Assembly (NCBI GenBank): GCA_045616625.1 | Contig: JAZLHA010000013.1 | Span: 4,201 to 68,200 of the forward strand | Source: Candidatus Enterousia sp. | GTDB lineage: Bacteria; Pseudomonadota; Alphaproteobacteria; Rs-D84 | Direction: 5' to 3' | Length of the DNA stretch: 64,000 nt | Part shown: one piece after another, positions 44,529 through 55,760 of the stretch | Layout of the letters: the number at the start of each line of letters is the position of its first letter | How positions within the stretch are numbered: the stretch's first letter is position 1 | Notes under the pieces: model-generated | Databases searched by the model: none | Told to the model about the DNA's origin: nothing | Seen by the model: only the letters and a program-made list of their open reading frames with translations | Program-made: the position numbers and the translations under genes

Positions 44529-45151
44529 TGCGTGAAAACCCAGATTTTTCTTTTGAATTGAATTGTGGCGCAAAGTTGGTTGCTGGTTGTGATGAGGCCG
44601 GACGTGGGCCATTGTGCGGACCAGTTGTTGCCGCTGCTGTTATATTTCCATCGTTTGATATTGATATACCGGTTGTAATTCGTGATTCAAAACAAATGAG
44701 TCAAAAGACTAGGGGTGAATCTTTGCGCTGGATACAGAAAAATACAATTTGGGCGGTCGGTATGTGCAGTCCCGCAGAGATAGATGAATTAAATATACTG
44801 TATGCATCTATGTTGGCGATGAAACGTGCAGTGTCAGAATTAAAATTACAACCTGAATTTTGTTTAATAGATGGCAATCGTATGCCAAATGGATTGATTG
44901 GTATGTCAATAGTAAAAGGTGATGCAAAATCTATTTCTATTGCGGCGGCATCCATTATTGCCAAGGAAACACGTGATAAAATTATGCAAGATTTGGCATC
45001 ACAATATCCGCAATATGGGTGGGATAAAAATACTGGTTATCCAACATCGGAACATTTGCATGCTATTGATAAATATGGTATAAATGAGCATTACAGAAAG
45101 ACTTATAAGCCTGTAAAAGAAAGGATACAAAATGGAATTGCACACAATTGA
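44528..45151 (+). CDS. rnhB: Ribonuclease HII
   Basis: Motifs VAGCDEAGRGPLCGPVVAAAV and SIAAASIIAK. Confidence 0.9.
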   Translation: MRENPDFSFELNCGAKLVAGCDEAGRGPLCGPVVAAAVIFPSFDIDIPVVIRDSKQMSQKTRGESLRWIQKNTIWAVGMCSPAEIDELNILYASMLAMKRAVSELKLQPEFCLIDGNRMPNGLIGMSIVKGDAKSISIAAASIIAKETRDKIMQDLASQYPQYGWDKNTGYPTSEHLHAIDKYGINEHYRKTYKPVKERIQNGIAHN

Positions 45152-46301
45152 CGAAATAAAAGATTTGCGTGGTAAATATGTTTTACTGCGTGACGATTTT
45201 AATATCAATATTATTGATAATAAAATTACTGATACCTTTCGTATTGAACAGAGTATGGCAACAATAAATATATTGCGTAATGCCGGCGCGCGTATTGCTA
45301 TTTGTGCGCACATGGGGCGACCAAAGGGAATTATCAATCTTGAATTATCTTTACGTCCTGTCGCAGAATATATGAAAATTCCATTTATAGATGATTGTTT
45401 AAATCGTGATTTTATGCAAAATATGCAAGATGGTGATGTTGTCTTGATGGAAAATGTTCGTTTTTATCCTGGTGAAGATGCTAATGATAATGATTTTGCA
45501 AAAAAATTGGCATCAGGTTTTGACTTGTTTGTAAATGATGCCTTTGCGGTATCACATAGGGTGGCGGCAAGTACTGTTGGTGTGACTAAAATATTACCAT
45601 CATATGCTGGTGAATTACTTACAAACGAGGTTAAGAATCTATCATCTGTTATGGAAAAACCAAAACGTCCGGTTCTGGCAATTGTTGGGGGTAATAAAGT
45701 TTCTACAAAAATAGGTGTATTCAAATCTTTATGTAAATTAGCAGATAGTATAATTGTTGGTGGTGCTTTGGGCACAACTTTTGCATATGCTATGGGAAAT
45801 AATGTTGGTAATTCTTTGTTTGAACCGGATCAGAAAAATACGGTGTTAGATATTATGAAATATGCACATGAAAATAATTGTGAAATATTATTGCCGTTAG
45901 ATAAAGGTGTTGCCGATAAGTTTGCACCAGATGCCCAAAGGGAAAATCGCAATATAAAAGAAATCAAAGATACAGATGTGATTATTGATGATGGTATTGA
46001 AACGATTGCGCGTAATATTGATAAAATAAAATCTGCATCCACAGTTATATGGAACGGAATATTGGGAATGGCAGAATGGGGAGATGTTTGGGGATGTGCT
46101 ACATTTAGTATGGTGCGCGAAATCGCAGAACGAACCCAAAACGATGGATTGATTAGTATTGTTGGTGGCGGTTCAACGGTTGCGGCACTGGATGCAATCG
46201 ATATTAGGGATAAAATGACATATGTTTCAACTGGCGGTGGTGCTTTCCTTGAATTTATAGAAGGTCTTAAGTTGCCAGGAATAGTCGCATTAGAAAAATA
46301 A
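45132..46301 (+). CDS. pgk: Phosphoglycerate kinase
   Basis: Motifs RDDFN, AHMGRPKG, VNDAFAVSHR and STGGGAFLEF. 389 aa. Confidence 0.9.
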   Translation: MELHTIDEIKDLRGKYVLLRDDFNINIIDNKITDTFRIEQSMATINILRNAGARIAICAHMGRPKGIINLELSLRPVAEYMKIPFIDDCLNRDFMQNMQDGDVVLMENVRFYPGEDANDNDFAKKLASGFDLFVNDAFAVSHRVAASTVGVTKILPSYAGELLTNEVKNLSSVMEKPKRPVLAIVGGNKVSTKIGVFKSLCKLADSIIVGGALGTTFAYAMGNNVGNSLFEPDQKNTVLDIMKYAHENNCEILLPLDKGVADKFAPDAQRENRNIKEIKDTDVIIDDGIETIARNIDKIKSASTVIWNGILGMAEWGDVWGCATFSMVREIAERTQNDGLISIVGGGSTVAALDAIDIRDKMTYVSTGGGAFLEFIEGLKLPGIVALEK

Positions 46302-46420
46302 AATCGCTTTTTTTAGGTCTTAGTACTTGTAAATACTAAAAATATCTTTATTTTTATGTTAAATTCGCGAATCGGATTTTTGTATGATATAATAACCCTG
46401 TTAAACATAAGGATTGTGTA

Positions 46421-47002
46421 ATGTCTTTGATACCTATGGTTATAGAGGAATCGCCACGTGGGGAACGTTCTTTTGATATTTATTCCCGTCTGTTGCGTGA
46501 TAGAATTGTTATGGTGACTGGACAGATTGAAACAAATATGGCAAATACCATTGTCGCCCAGTTATTGTTTTTAGAATCTGAAAACCCAAATGCCGATATA
46601 TCTTTGTATATAAATTCGCCTGGGGGTGATGTGTCTGCGGGTTGGGCCATAATGGATACGATGCAGTATATTAAATCGCCTGTATCAACGATTGGTATGG
46701 GGTTGGTTGCTTCTATGGGATCTGTATTGTTGGCGGCGGGTGAACCTGGTAAAAGATTCGCTTTGCCAAATACTAGGATTATGATTCACCAACCGTTGTC
46801 CGGGGTCCAGGGACAAGTCACAGATATGGAAATAGAATTACAGGAAGCAATGCTTGTTAAACAAACACTTATAAAGCAGATGGCTAAATACACCGGACGT
46901 AAAGAAAAAGAATTGTTTGATGCGATGGAAAGAAATAACTGGATGGGACCAGAAGAAGCTAAAGATTTCGGTTTAATAGATACTGTATTAAAACATAAAT
47001 AA
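46421..47002 (+). CDS. clpP: ATP-dependent Clp protease proteolytic subunit
   Basis: Motifs [32 protein letters not shown] and MIHQP. Confidence 0.92.
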   Translation: MSLIPMVIEESPRGERSFDIYSRLLRDRIVMVTGQIETNMANTIVAQLLFLESENPNADISLYINSPGGDVSAGWAIMDTMQYIKSPVSTIGMGLVASMGSVLLAAGEPGKRFALPNTRIMIHQPLSGVQGQVTDMEIELQEAMLVKQTLIKQMAKYTGRKEKELFDAMERNNWMGPEEAKDFGLIDTVLKHK

Positions 47003-47015
47003 TTAGGACGGTAAA

Positions 47016-48278
47016 ATGACTGAAAACAAAACACCAACATCCTCAGACAATAAAAATCAGTTTTGCAGTTTTTGTGGCAAGGCTGTGTACGAAGTGAAAA
47101 AGTTGGTTAGTGGTCGCAATGTTTGTATTTGCGATGAATGTATTAGTTTGTGTAATGATATTATGGCTGATGACTTAAAGGGTGATATTAATCATGATGC
47201 AACAAAGTTGCCAACCCCACACAAAATTTATGATTTTTTGAATGAATATATCATTGGCCAGGATGAAGCAAAACGCACTTTGGCGGTTGCGGTGTATAAT
47301 CATTATAAACGTCATTCGGTTGCCACAAATTCAAATGTTGAAATACAAAAATCTAATGTTTTATTAATTGGTTCAACAGGAACTGGTAAGACACTATTCG
47401 CGCAAACATTGGCACGTATTTTGGATGTTCCTTTTGCGATTGCTGATGCGACAACATTGACTGAGGCGGGTTATGTTGGTGACGATGTTGAAAGTGTTTT
47501 AACGCGTCTATTACAAAACGCTAATTTTGATGTAGATAGGGCAAGTCGTGGTATAATTTACATTGATGAAATAGATAAGATTTCGCGTAAATCTGAAAAT
47601 CCATCTTTGACACGTGATGTTTCTGGCGAAGGCGTTCAACAAGCATTATTAAAGTTAATAGAAGGAACTGTTGCAAATGTTCCAGCAAGTGGTGCCGGTC
47701 GTAAGCATCCGGGCGAGGCTACAGTTCAACTTGATACCAGTAAAATTTTATTTATTTGTGGTGGGGCATTTGATGGATTAAATAAAATTATTACTAACCG
47801 CAGTTCTGAACGTGTTGGAATTGGTTTTGGCGCAACAATTGAATCACGTCAAGAACGCGAGTCTAAAAATTATTTGGCTGATGTACAACCGTCTGATTTA
47901 GTAAAATTTGGAATTATCCCCGAATTAATTGGGCGTTTGCCAATAATTACAACTTTGCAGAATTTGGACGAAGAAGCGTTGGTGAAAATTTTAACTGAAC
48001 CAAAAAATGCTATAGTGAAACAGTTTACTGCTATGCTGGATTTAGATGGTGTGAAATTAACGATTACACCTGACGGATTAAAAGAAATCGCGAGTGTTGC
48101 AGTTATACGTAAAACAGGTGCTCGTGGTTTGCGTAGTATTTTGGAAAAATTATTATTACAATCAATGTTTGATGCACCAGAAAAAACAGATTTGAAAGAA
48201 ATCGTAATAGATAAAGATGTTGTTTCTGGTAAAAAAGCACCAGTTGAAATTTTTGCAGAATCTAAAAAAGTTGCTTAA
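47016..48278 (+). CDS. clpX: ATP-dependent Clp protease ATP-binding subunit ClpX
   Basis: It has a zinc-binding N-terminus (CSFCGK...CICDECI), a Walker A motif (GSTGTGKT), IIYIDEIDK and GARGLRSI. Confidence 0.92.
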   Translation: MTENKTPTSSDNKNQFCSFCGKAVYEVKKLVSGRNVCICDECISLCNDIMADDLKGDINHDATKLPTPHKIYDFLNEYIIGQDEAKRTLAVAVYNHYKRHSVATNSNVEIQKSNVLLIGSTGTGKTLFAQTLARILDVPFAIADATTLTEAGYVGDDVESVLTRLLQNANFDVDRASRGIIYIDEIDKISRKSENPSLTRDVSGEGVQQALLKLIEGTVANVPASGAGRKHPGEATVQLDTSKILFICGGAFDGLNKIITNRSSERVGIGFGATIESRQERESKNYLADVQPSDLVKFGIIPELIGRLPIITTLQNLDEEALVKILTEPKNAIVKQFTAMLDLDGVKLTITPDGLKEIASVAVIRKTGARGLRSILEKLLLQSMFDAPEKTDLKEIVIDKDVVSGKKAPVEIFAESKKVA

Positions 48279-48302
48279 AAAAACACCTTTTTAAGTGTTT
48301 TT

Positions 48303-50588
48303 TTATTTTGTCAAAGGTATACAATACCCCCATTGAGTGTTAGCACTGGTTTCTGAATAAAATCTTTCCAGTGTTTTTTCTGTGGAATCTTTTTTTAGTG
48401 GGGTTGATACCCATTGACCACCTTGACGTTCGCATTCATTTGCAAGTTCTTTACTCATATCTATCTTAATAGCAGATATTACTGTGACAATATCTTCCAT
48501 AACGGTACTTGGAACGGTATATGTTTGTCCTGACGTTGAAGACCGAATACATACTTGTGATGCATAGCGGATCAGTTTTTGATATAAACTGTCAGAATAA
48601 TCAGGATCACAACCTGCTGTTGCTTCAGATTCGGTATTCCATATACACTGATTGGTTACATCCATCCCAGTTTCGTTGCACTCGCTACATTCAAATTTAC
48701 CTGTCATCGTATTATACCCCGAACACTTTCTACAATTGGTAGGACATTTATAACAATAGTTATTGGTCTTATAATATCCATCGTTACAATTGGTGTATAT
48801 TTTTGTACAAGAACCTAATTTGTTGAGTTGCGTCTCATCAGGTGTTTCACCGCCAATCGCTTCAGTGGATATAGAGGATGCATATTTATTACAGCCTTCA
48901 TTAATTGCATCTTTATATGCGCCAGGTGCATAAGTACGACAACTGTACGGATATTGATGTATGGTATCTGTGGCTGAAACGGTGCACATGTTTTTAACAT
49001 AATTTTGTAAATTTGTTAGGCATGCCGATTCAATCTTTGTATCAGTGATTTGTTGCATCGCAGAAATTAATGCGGTTTGTCCCTCTGTTCCACCGCCATA
49101 TAAGTTGCTACATGCGGTTAATTTTTCCCGGCACATTTCTTCTGACACTTCAAGACGGGATCCGATTAATAAGTTTTCATCGATATTACTAAAATCTTTT
49201 AATTGTGCGTTTTGTTCGTCATAACATTGGTTTACAACATTTAAACATTCTTCTTTGACCTGGCGAATTTTATCTTGTTGTGCCTGATATATTTCTGTAA
49301 TAGCCTGAATTAAAAACTCGTTCCAAACCTCTGATGATACATCTCTACATTTATCCAGAGTGTTTTTGGCAAAAGTTTTTTTGTTATTTAATTCTGAAAC
49401 AATTAAACGATTTTGTTGATTTGTTAATATATCACCAGATAAAGATATTTGTGTTTCTAGTTGATAAAACTTTGATGTATAAATAGGTTCACCGGTAATG
49501 CTGTTTAAATACAATCCTGTGATGTCCATACAGTGAACATAATCGGTACCACATGCAGAATCCTGGGTCAGATCAGAACGAACCTGGGAGATACAATCGT
49601 TTATAGGTGTTGAATTGTGGGCGTTATAACTTTCAAGACGTGCATAATTCATTTCGCGTTCTGTTTCGCGTATGGCACTATTGGCAGAGTTTTTATTTTT
49701 ATCTAGTTTTCTAAGTATTAATGCACAATCGTTTTCAATATACATTCCATATGCAGATACAACCATATTCAATATAGATTGTGATGGACACTGAGTTGTA
49801 ACAAAATCAACACATTGACTATGTACTGCGTTATAGAGTTTTTCGCCTGTTAAATTTGCTAAATTCGCACCAGATGTTAATTCTGTTGTTGACCATATTT
49901 CGTTTATATCGCCACCAATATCCAATGCCCCAGATGTAGATAAAGATTTGCTTTTTGTTTTTGATAAGATGGAACTGATACCAGCGAGTGTATTAGCAGC
50001 ATTCGATGTATCTTTTGCATTCGTTGCGGCTGTTTCACCATTGGTTTCGGTTATCATTGCCTTTACTTCATCACTTGATTTGTTAATTGCATCAATGTTG
50101 AGATTTTTAAATGTTTGTAAAGAATTATTGGTGTCATCCAACGCACGTTTGCGAGATTGTATTTCGGAAAGCCTTGAAGAACAAACGCAGCGACGATATT
50201 CATCATTTTGGTTTGCACAAAATTGATCCATGCATGTAAAATACGCATCATGGCATGTGTTATACCCAGAATCAAATGTTTTGGTTGATATTGTGGTTGC
50301 AGCGCGTGAAGTAAGCGCAGAATTACGAGCGCTAATATTTGTAGCTGCGGTTCTTGCAATTCGTGAGGTAATACTGCTTTTTGCTGTACGTACAGTTTTG
50401 GTGGATGCGGTACGTGCTGTCGTTCTGGTACTGGTTGCGGTTCGTGTAACGTTTGTTTTTCCTATTGTTCCCGAACGTGAAGATGTTTGGATGCTTCGTT
50501 GATTGTTTGGTGCAGTACGAACAGCAGCATCAGTATTGCTGATGCTAATAAAACACAGAGCCAAGATAAAGCACAATCCCCTTTTCAT
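48303..50588 (-). CDS. Secreted cysteine-rich paralog family protein (P3)
   Basis: The ORF was trimmed to MKRGLCFILALCFISISNTDA (signal peptide). The motif CHDAYFTCMDQFCANQNDEYRRCVCS is shared with P4 and P5. A Thr/Ser/Arg-rich low-complexity N-region is present. An EGF/furin-like block (CYKCPTNCRKCSG...CSEC) lies near the C-terminus. Confidence 0.75.
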   Translation of the reverse strand: MKRGLCFILALCFISISNTDAAVRTAPNNQRSIQTSSRSGTIGKTNVTRTATSTRTTARTASTKTVRTAKSSITSRIARTAATNISARNSALTSRAATTISTKTFDSGYNTCHDAYFTCMDQFCANQNDEYRRCVCSSRLSEIQSRKRALDDTNNSLQTFKNLNIDAINKSSDEVKAMITETNGETAATNAKDTSNAANTLAGISSILSKTKSKSLSTSGALDIGGDINEIWSTTELTSGANLANLTGEKLYNAVHSQCVDFVTTQCPSQSILNMVVSAYGMYIENDCALILRKLDKNKNSANSAIRETEREMNYARLESYNAHNSTPINDCISQVRSDLTQDSACGTDYVHCMDITGLYLNSITGEPIYTSKFYQLETQISLSGDILTNQQNRLIVSELNNKKTFAKNTLDKCRDVSSEVWNEFLIQAITEIYQAQQDKIRQVKEECLNVVNQCYDEQNAQLKDFSNIDENLLIGSRLEVSEEMCREKLTACSNLYGGGTEGQTALISAMQQITDTKIESACLTNLQNYVKNMCTVSATDTIHQYPYSCRTYAPGAYKDAINEGCNKYASSISTEAIGGETPDETQLNKLGSCTKIYTNCNDGYYKTNNYCYKCPTNCRKCSGYNTMTGKFECSECNETGMDVTNQCIWNTESEATAGCDPDYSDSLYQKLIRYASQVCIRSSTSGQTYTVPSTVMEDIVTVISAIKIDMSKELANECERQGGQWVSTPLKKDSTEKTLERFYSETSANTQWGYCIPLTK

Positions 50589-50683
50589 CCTATGTTTGTA
50601 ATCGTAGCAAAAAAAATTGTTATAAGGCAAGTGCTATTTAATGGTTTTGTTTATACAAAAAAACCTATCTTGCGACAGGTTTT

Positions 50684-50929
50684 TTAATTTGCATTTTCTT
50701 GACTTTGGCGACTGTGTTCAACAAAGGTTATTCGCCCCTTATCTAAATCATAAGGTGTCATTTCAACGTGAACTTTTTCGCCGACATTTACCCATATACG
50801 TGCTTTGCGCATTTTACCGCAAACTGTTGCCAAAATTTCGTGACCATTTTCAAGTTTAACACGAAACATAGTATTTGGTAATTTATCTTCTACTACGCCT
50901 GAGAATAAAATAACATCATCTTTTGCCAT
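50684..50929 (-). CDS. infA: Translation initiation factor IF-1
   Basis: [69 protein letters not shown]. Confidence 0.92.
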   Translation of the reverse strand: MAKDDVILFSGVVEDKLPNTMFRVKLENGHEILATVCGKMRKARIWVNVGEKVHVEMTPYDLDKGRITFVEHSRQSQENAN

Positions 50930-51058
50930 ACCTGCAATACCTCTTTACGTTAATGATAGAATTTGAGCAAAAAAAAGCAAGAATATTTTTTTATCTGCTT
51001 GCGATAAAATATATTTTTTGATAAAATACAACATAAGAATGTAAATATGGTGGGATTC

Positions 51059-53167
51059 ATGAAACTAAGAAACATTGCTATATTATTATGTATATTGCCT
51101 GGTGTGGCTTTTGCTGCGGCACGTTCGGGGTCTGCACGTGTTGGTGTTGGACGGACAAATGTACCTGTGCGTGCATCGGGTGCTGCTGTGCAACCGTCTA
51201 TATCAGAATCTTCAGAATCTAATGCTATTGAATCAATAAAAAGTGATGTAGTGGCGGCTGCTCCAGCAAAAGCGCCTGAGGCAAAACCAAAAGATTGCCG
51301 TACAGCGTATCGTGCCTGTATGGATGAGTTTTGTTTACTAGGGGAATCAGAGGGGTATCGTTGCGCATGTAGTGATAGTATAAATAAATCTAAATCGCTA
51401 ATAAAAGAAATTCAAGATATTCAGAAAGAAGCAGATAAGTTGTTTACTGAGGGTGTGGCGCGTGAGGAATTAGGTGCCAAGGCTGCGCTTGTTTTTGGCG
51501 AAAGCGATTCGGCTAAAAAGAGTTCGCGTTTGTCTGGAATTAATTTTTCGGATTGGTTGAATTCTGGTGATGATGAGACTGCGTTAGATTCTGATGAAGA
51601 AATTGGTGATACTTTATATTCCATTGCGTCTGATTATTGTGCGTCTGAATTAGAGGCTTGTGGTTCCAAGGCTGAAATGGAAGAAATGCTTTATTCTCGT
51701 CAAGTTGTTGCAGATTGTAAAGAATTTAGTTCTTATTTGGCCGATCAAAAATCAAATGCAGAGGCAAATAAAAGAACTGCAGAGTCTGCGGTTCGTAAAG
51801 CGCGTGCAGCTATGTTGGATACAACAAATAAATATAATCGTGGTGAATGTTTGTTGGCGTACAAAGCGTGTATTGCTGATAAAGGTGGCTGTGGTGTGAA
51901 TTTTGAAAATTGTTTGGATGAAGATTTATTGCAACGTCGTGCTTATTCTTGTAATGATGTGTTAAATCAATGTATGGCGGATAGAGAATATGTTTTACAA
52001 GACTGGCAGGCAGAAAAGAAAACAATACTGGCAGATGCGGCAGAGTATGCTGATAAAAATCGTCGTGGAACGTGTTTGGCAAAAATACAAAATTGTTTGG
52101 AAGAAGACTGTGCAACATCAACTGATTCAATGTGTTTAAATGATGTGAATGTTGCAGCAGGCGTTTGTCCTATTATTACAGAATGTGAAGAATTGATTCC
52201 AGGAATACGTTCTGTTATAAACGATAAATTGGTGTATTTAAGAACGAGTTTTTGTCAAAATGATATAGATGCCTGTTTGCGTGATAAATGTGGTCAAGAT
52301 TTTACCGCACCTGAATGTCTTGGTAAAAAGGCATCGCAAATTGCGGCATTGTGTCCACAATCTATGTATCCTTCGTGCAAGAATGAAAAACAATTTGATA
52401 TTATTGTTAGTTCTATTCTGCTTGAAATGGATTATAAGATGCTGGATAGTTGTATCAATCATTTTGCTGATAAATTAAGTGCAGTGTGTGGAACAGATAT
52501 GGCTTGTTTACCAGAAGATACTACAATATTAGCATTACAAAAATATCCAAATGATGCAAGAATTGATGAATTACAGGAGCAAGTTCTTGTAAATGCAGAT
52601 GCTGCAGTGGACGAATTCTTTAAACAGTTTGAAAATGATATAACGGTTTCTGCATGTTTAAGTAGTCAACAGCCAAAAGGTAGTAGCAAGAAATCTTTGG
52701 GTGATAGTATATTTAATTCTGCAAAAATGATTGCAAAAATAAGCGCTGAAAATCGTTCACAACGTTTGTTGGATACAAAACTTGCAGAATTGTCACGGCA
52801 AGAAGACTTGGCAAAAGCGGAAAAGAATTGTAATACATTATATAAACCAGGAAAACCAAAGAAAGATGAAAAGAATTATACTTATATTAAAAGTGTAAGT
52901 TTCGAACCGTCTTTGCGTAATTGCCATGTTTGTCGTGTGCAACAGGTATGCGAGGTTGGTGGTGAATCCAAAGCGACATCTGCATTAAAGGCAGCGGCTG
53001 GTGGTTTGTCCGCGGGTGCTGCGGCTGGAACAATGATTAATGCTGGTTGGGGAACCGCAATTGGTGGTGTTGTTGGTGCTGTTGGTGCCGGATTGGTTGG
53101 TATGGCATCTGGTGGTGAAAAAGAATTCTGTCAAGAAATAGAATCTTGTGAAGATGTAAATATGTAA
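51059..53167 (+). CDS. Secreted cysteine-rich paralog family protein (P4) with a C-terminal glycine-zipper segment
   Basis: The start was moved to MKLRNIAILLCILPGVAFA, preceded by GGTGGGA. Motifs: CRTAYRACMDEFCLLGESEGYRCACS and CQNDIDACLRDKCGQDFTAPEC. A Gly-zipper (GGLSAGAAAGTMINAGWGTAIGGVVGAVGAGLVGMASGG) is present. The protein ends CEDVNM. Confidence 0.75.
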   Translation: MKLRNIAILLCILPGVAFAAARSGSARVGVGRTNVPVRASGAAVQPSISESSESNAIESIKSDVVAAAPAKAPEAKPKDCRTAYRACMDEFCLLGESEGYRCACSDSINKSKSLIKEIQDIQKEADKLFTEGVAREELGAKAALVFGESDSAKKSSRLSGINFSDWLNSGDDETALDSDEEIGDTLYSIASDYCASELEACGSKAEMEEMLYSRQVVADCKEFSSYLADQKSNAEANKRTAESAVRKARAAMLDTTNKYNRGECLLAYKACIADKGGCGVNFENCLDEDLLQRRAYSCNDVLNQCMADREYVLQDWQAEKKTILADAAEYADKNRRGTCLAKIQNCLEEDCATSTDSMCLNDVNVAAGVCPIITECEELIPGIRSVINDKLVYLRTSFCQNDIDACLRDKCGQDFTAPECLGKKASQIAALCPQSMYPSCKNEKQFDIIVSSILLEMDYKMLDSCINHFADKLSAVCGTDMACLPEDTTILALQKYPNDARIDELQEQVLVNADAAVDEFFKQFENDITVSACLSSQQPKGSSKKSLGDSIFNSAKMIAKISAENRSQRLLDTKLAELSRQEDLAKAEKNCNTLYKPGKPKKDEKNYTYIKSVSFEPSLRNCHVCRVQQVCEVGGESKATSALKAAAGGLSAGAAAGTMINAGWGTAIGGVVGAVGAGLVGMASGGEKEFCQEIESCEDVNM

Positions 53168-53191
53168 TAGGTCCAGAGGGAGAGAGAAACA

Positions 53192-55660
53192 ATGGCAACA
53201 AAAAAAATATTTTGTTCTATTACTGCGTTATTGATGTGTTGTGTTGTATATGATGCTTTTGCTGCAACAAAAACAACAAAACAATCTGCGATACAGTCCG
53301 GAACAACTGTTCGTGCCAAGGTTGCTGCAACCGGTATTTATGACCAAGAATGTTATGATATGTATTATGGTTGTATGGATCAGTTTTGTATTACCGAAAA
53401 TACAGATGGTGGTAGTTGCGCTTGCAGTAATGATTTTACAAAATATGAAAAAAAATTGGTTGGTATCAAAGATACACTGGAACGGGCAGAAAAAATTTCA
53501 ACCGAGGAAGTAGAGCGTATAGAAGCTGGTGCAAATGCTGATATTATATTTAATGGTGTAAGAACATATGATGAAACAGGAAATATTGGCGAATCAGAGG
53601 CTGATAAAAAAACAAAGAAACGTGAATCTTTATTAGCAATGTTTAATACACCTGTGGAAGATGAAGATGTGTTTGATAGCGGTTATGAAGATTTGTCTTC
53701 CAAGGTTGGTGCTGATTTGTTTAATGGTGCACATAGTTTGTGTGTTGACCAAATGGATGATTCTTGCGAGAAAGATATTCCATTTTTGAAACAAATTTAT
53801 TCACGTCAAATTGTTGCAGATTGTAAGGCTTTATCTAATAGTGTTTCCAAGAAAGAATCAGAAGCAAAACAAACTTTATTGGCGGCGGAATCAGCTGTGC
53901 GTTCTGCATTAAAAGATAGTTTAAAGTCTGCAAATAAATATGACCGTGGCGAATGTATGGTTGAATATAAAAAATGTATGCAAAAAGAAGAAGCTTGCGG
54001 TAAAAACTGGGAATATTGTGTGTCTGATGTCGCATTTGAAAATATGCAAAATGATACGGCGGTATCAACAGCCAAGAAAAAATTTGTTAGTGTAGATACT
54101 TATAATATTACACAATCAACGATGGAGATATTAGATTCGAAACGTTATATTTGCGAAAGAGTGTTAGATTCTTGTGTCGCTGTGCGTGATATGGTTTGGA
54201 ATGATTTCTTGCGTGAAGCGGCACCAACAATTCGTTTGGCTGAAACTCAGGCTGAATCAAAAAAACGTCAATCTTGCTTATCTAGTATTTCAAATTGTAT
54301 TCAATCAGCGTGTAAGGACAAGATAAATAAAGGTGTAGAATCAATGGACGCATGTTTGGCGTATCCAGAGATAGTGCGTAGTTCTTGTAAGATGGAAATT
54401 GACCCATGTGAACGTATGGAACCTAAAATTTGGTTCTATGTTAAAGATAAATTGGCGGCAATGCGTGTTGATGCCTGTACCACAGAAGTTAAAGATTGTT
54501 TTACTGATGATACGCGTTGCGGTAAGGACTTTTCAAAATGTATAGGTATGGATTTTGATTATATACATAATATTTGCCCGATTGATAAATTGGTTGTATG
54601 TAAACAGGGCAATCCAAAGTTTTCTATGGAAGATTTAGATAATATGCTAATGGGCTTGTATTTGAATATTGATAATTCTATGTTGGATAATTGTCAAAAT
54701 CTGATTGACCAAAAAATGACAGAAGTTTGTGGTAGTACAACCGATTGTAATCGTTTCGCCGCGGATGAAGTTTTAGGAAGCAGTTCACTGCGTTCGCAGA
54801 AAAATAAAGATGTTTATCGTGTGACAGGTATGATTTCATTCGGCAGTATAAAAGTTGGTGATGTATCGGGTAAAACAAAAGATGGTAACGGTAAGTTAGA
54901 GCCTGGACAAATTGGTGTAGCTGATTATATTGAAAATGTTCGCGAGAAAAATACAAAGTCTGGCGATGAAGACATTATAGTTACCATAGAAGAAGAATTG
55001 AATAATATAGCGGGCACTATTAATCGAACAATAGAGATGATAGAAAATGATCCACAGATTCAATTTTGTGTGTCTGGTCGTGATTTAGGTCAGATTACTG
55101 GTAAGAGTGACGAAAAGACAGAGGCACGATTCCCGAATTTGTTGAATTCTGTAAAAATGCAAATAGCAGTTTCTGCTTTACGTAAAGCTCAAGACAATTA
55201 CAATGCAAAACTTACTAAAGAAATAGCTGAAGCTACCAAGAATACCTCTGCTGATATAGCACAGTATATGTGTCAAAAAATTGCAGAAAGTGGAAATATT
55301 AAAAGTTTTGCAAGCATTGCACCTTCGACACCATTAACACCTCCATACGCAATTAGTTATGATGTTGCAAGTGGTTTAAATGACGTAGATTTGACTACTG
55401 GTGGTGCAGGAATGTCGCAGTTGGCAAATTCAGAGTATAATAATTCTGGTTATTTGGGTGGCAACAGTGGAACTTTGGGAGGTGTTACAAAAGAAGTTAC
55501 ATCGGTATTTAATCGTGAAACTAGAATCTGTCATGTTTGCACAACAACGGCAACACAATCTTGCCATACGAGCGGTAGTGAATCATGGTTTCATAATAGC
55601 CGTAACACAGAATGTGAAACAACGTCTGATGGACCGAATTGTGAAGATATCGAAATGTAA
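53192..55660 (+). CDS. Secreted cysteine-rich paralog family protein (P5)
   Basis: 822 aa with a signal peptide (ITALLMCCVVYDAFA). Motifs: CYDMYYGCMDQFCITENTDGGSCACS and CTTEVKDCFTDDTRCGKDFSKC. The protein ends CEDIEM, like P4. Confidence 0.75.
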   Translation: MATKKIFCSITALLMCCVVYDAFAATKTTKQSAIQSGTTVRAKVAATGIYDQECYDMYYGCMDQFCITENTDGGSCACSNDFTKYEKKLVGIKDTLERAEKISTEEVERIEAGANADIIFNGVRTYDETGNIGESEADKKTKKRESLLAMFNTPVEDEDVFDSGYEDLSSKVGADLFNGAHSLCVDQMDDSCEKDIPFLKQIYSRQIVADCKALSNSVSKKESEAKQTLLAAESAVRSALKDSLKSANKYDRGECMVEYKKCMQKEEACGKNWEYCVSDVAFENMQNDTAVSTAKKKFVSVDTYNITQSTMEILDSKRYICERVLDSCVAVRDMVWNDFLREAAPTIRLAETQAESKKRQSCLSSISNCIQSACKDKINKGVESMDACLAYPEIVRSSCKMEIDPCERMEPKIWFYVKDKLAAMRVDACTTEVKDCFTDDTRCGKDFSKCIGMDFDYIHNICPIDKLVVCKQGNPKFSMEDLDNMLMGLYLNIDNSMLDNCQNLIDQKMTEVCGSTTDCNRFAADEVLGSSSLRSQKNKDVYRVTGMISFGSIKVGDVSGKTKDGNGKLEPGQIGVADYIENVREKNTKSGDEDIIVTIEEELNNIAGTINRTIEMIENDPQIQFCVSGRDLGQITGKSDEKTEARFPNLLNSVKMQIAVSALRKAQDNYNAKLTKEIAEATKNTSADIAQYMCQKIAESGNIKSFASIAPSTPLTPPYAISYDVASGLNDVDLTTGGAGMSQLANSEYNNSGYLGGNSGTLGGVTKEVTSVFNRETRICHVCTTTATQSCHTSGSESWFHNSRNTECETTSDGPNCEDIEM

Positions 55661-55760
55661 CAAGGGTGCCCCGTGAAAGCGGGGCGTTTTCATTCCTATG
55701 GTTTTTTTACTTGCCGTATATAAAATTATTCATGTGTAAAATATAAAAAGGAGTCTGCAC

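Noticed and set aside
46302-46420. Heat-shock (sigma-32) promoter upstream of clpP, suggested by cttgtaaatac...
   Set aside because: No acceptable -10 (CYTATNT) lies at the right spacing. Only a generic extended -10 (tgatataat) is visible, which is too weak to report as a feature.
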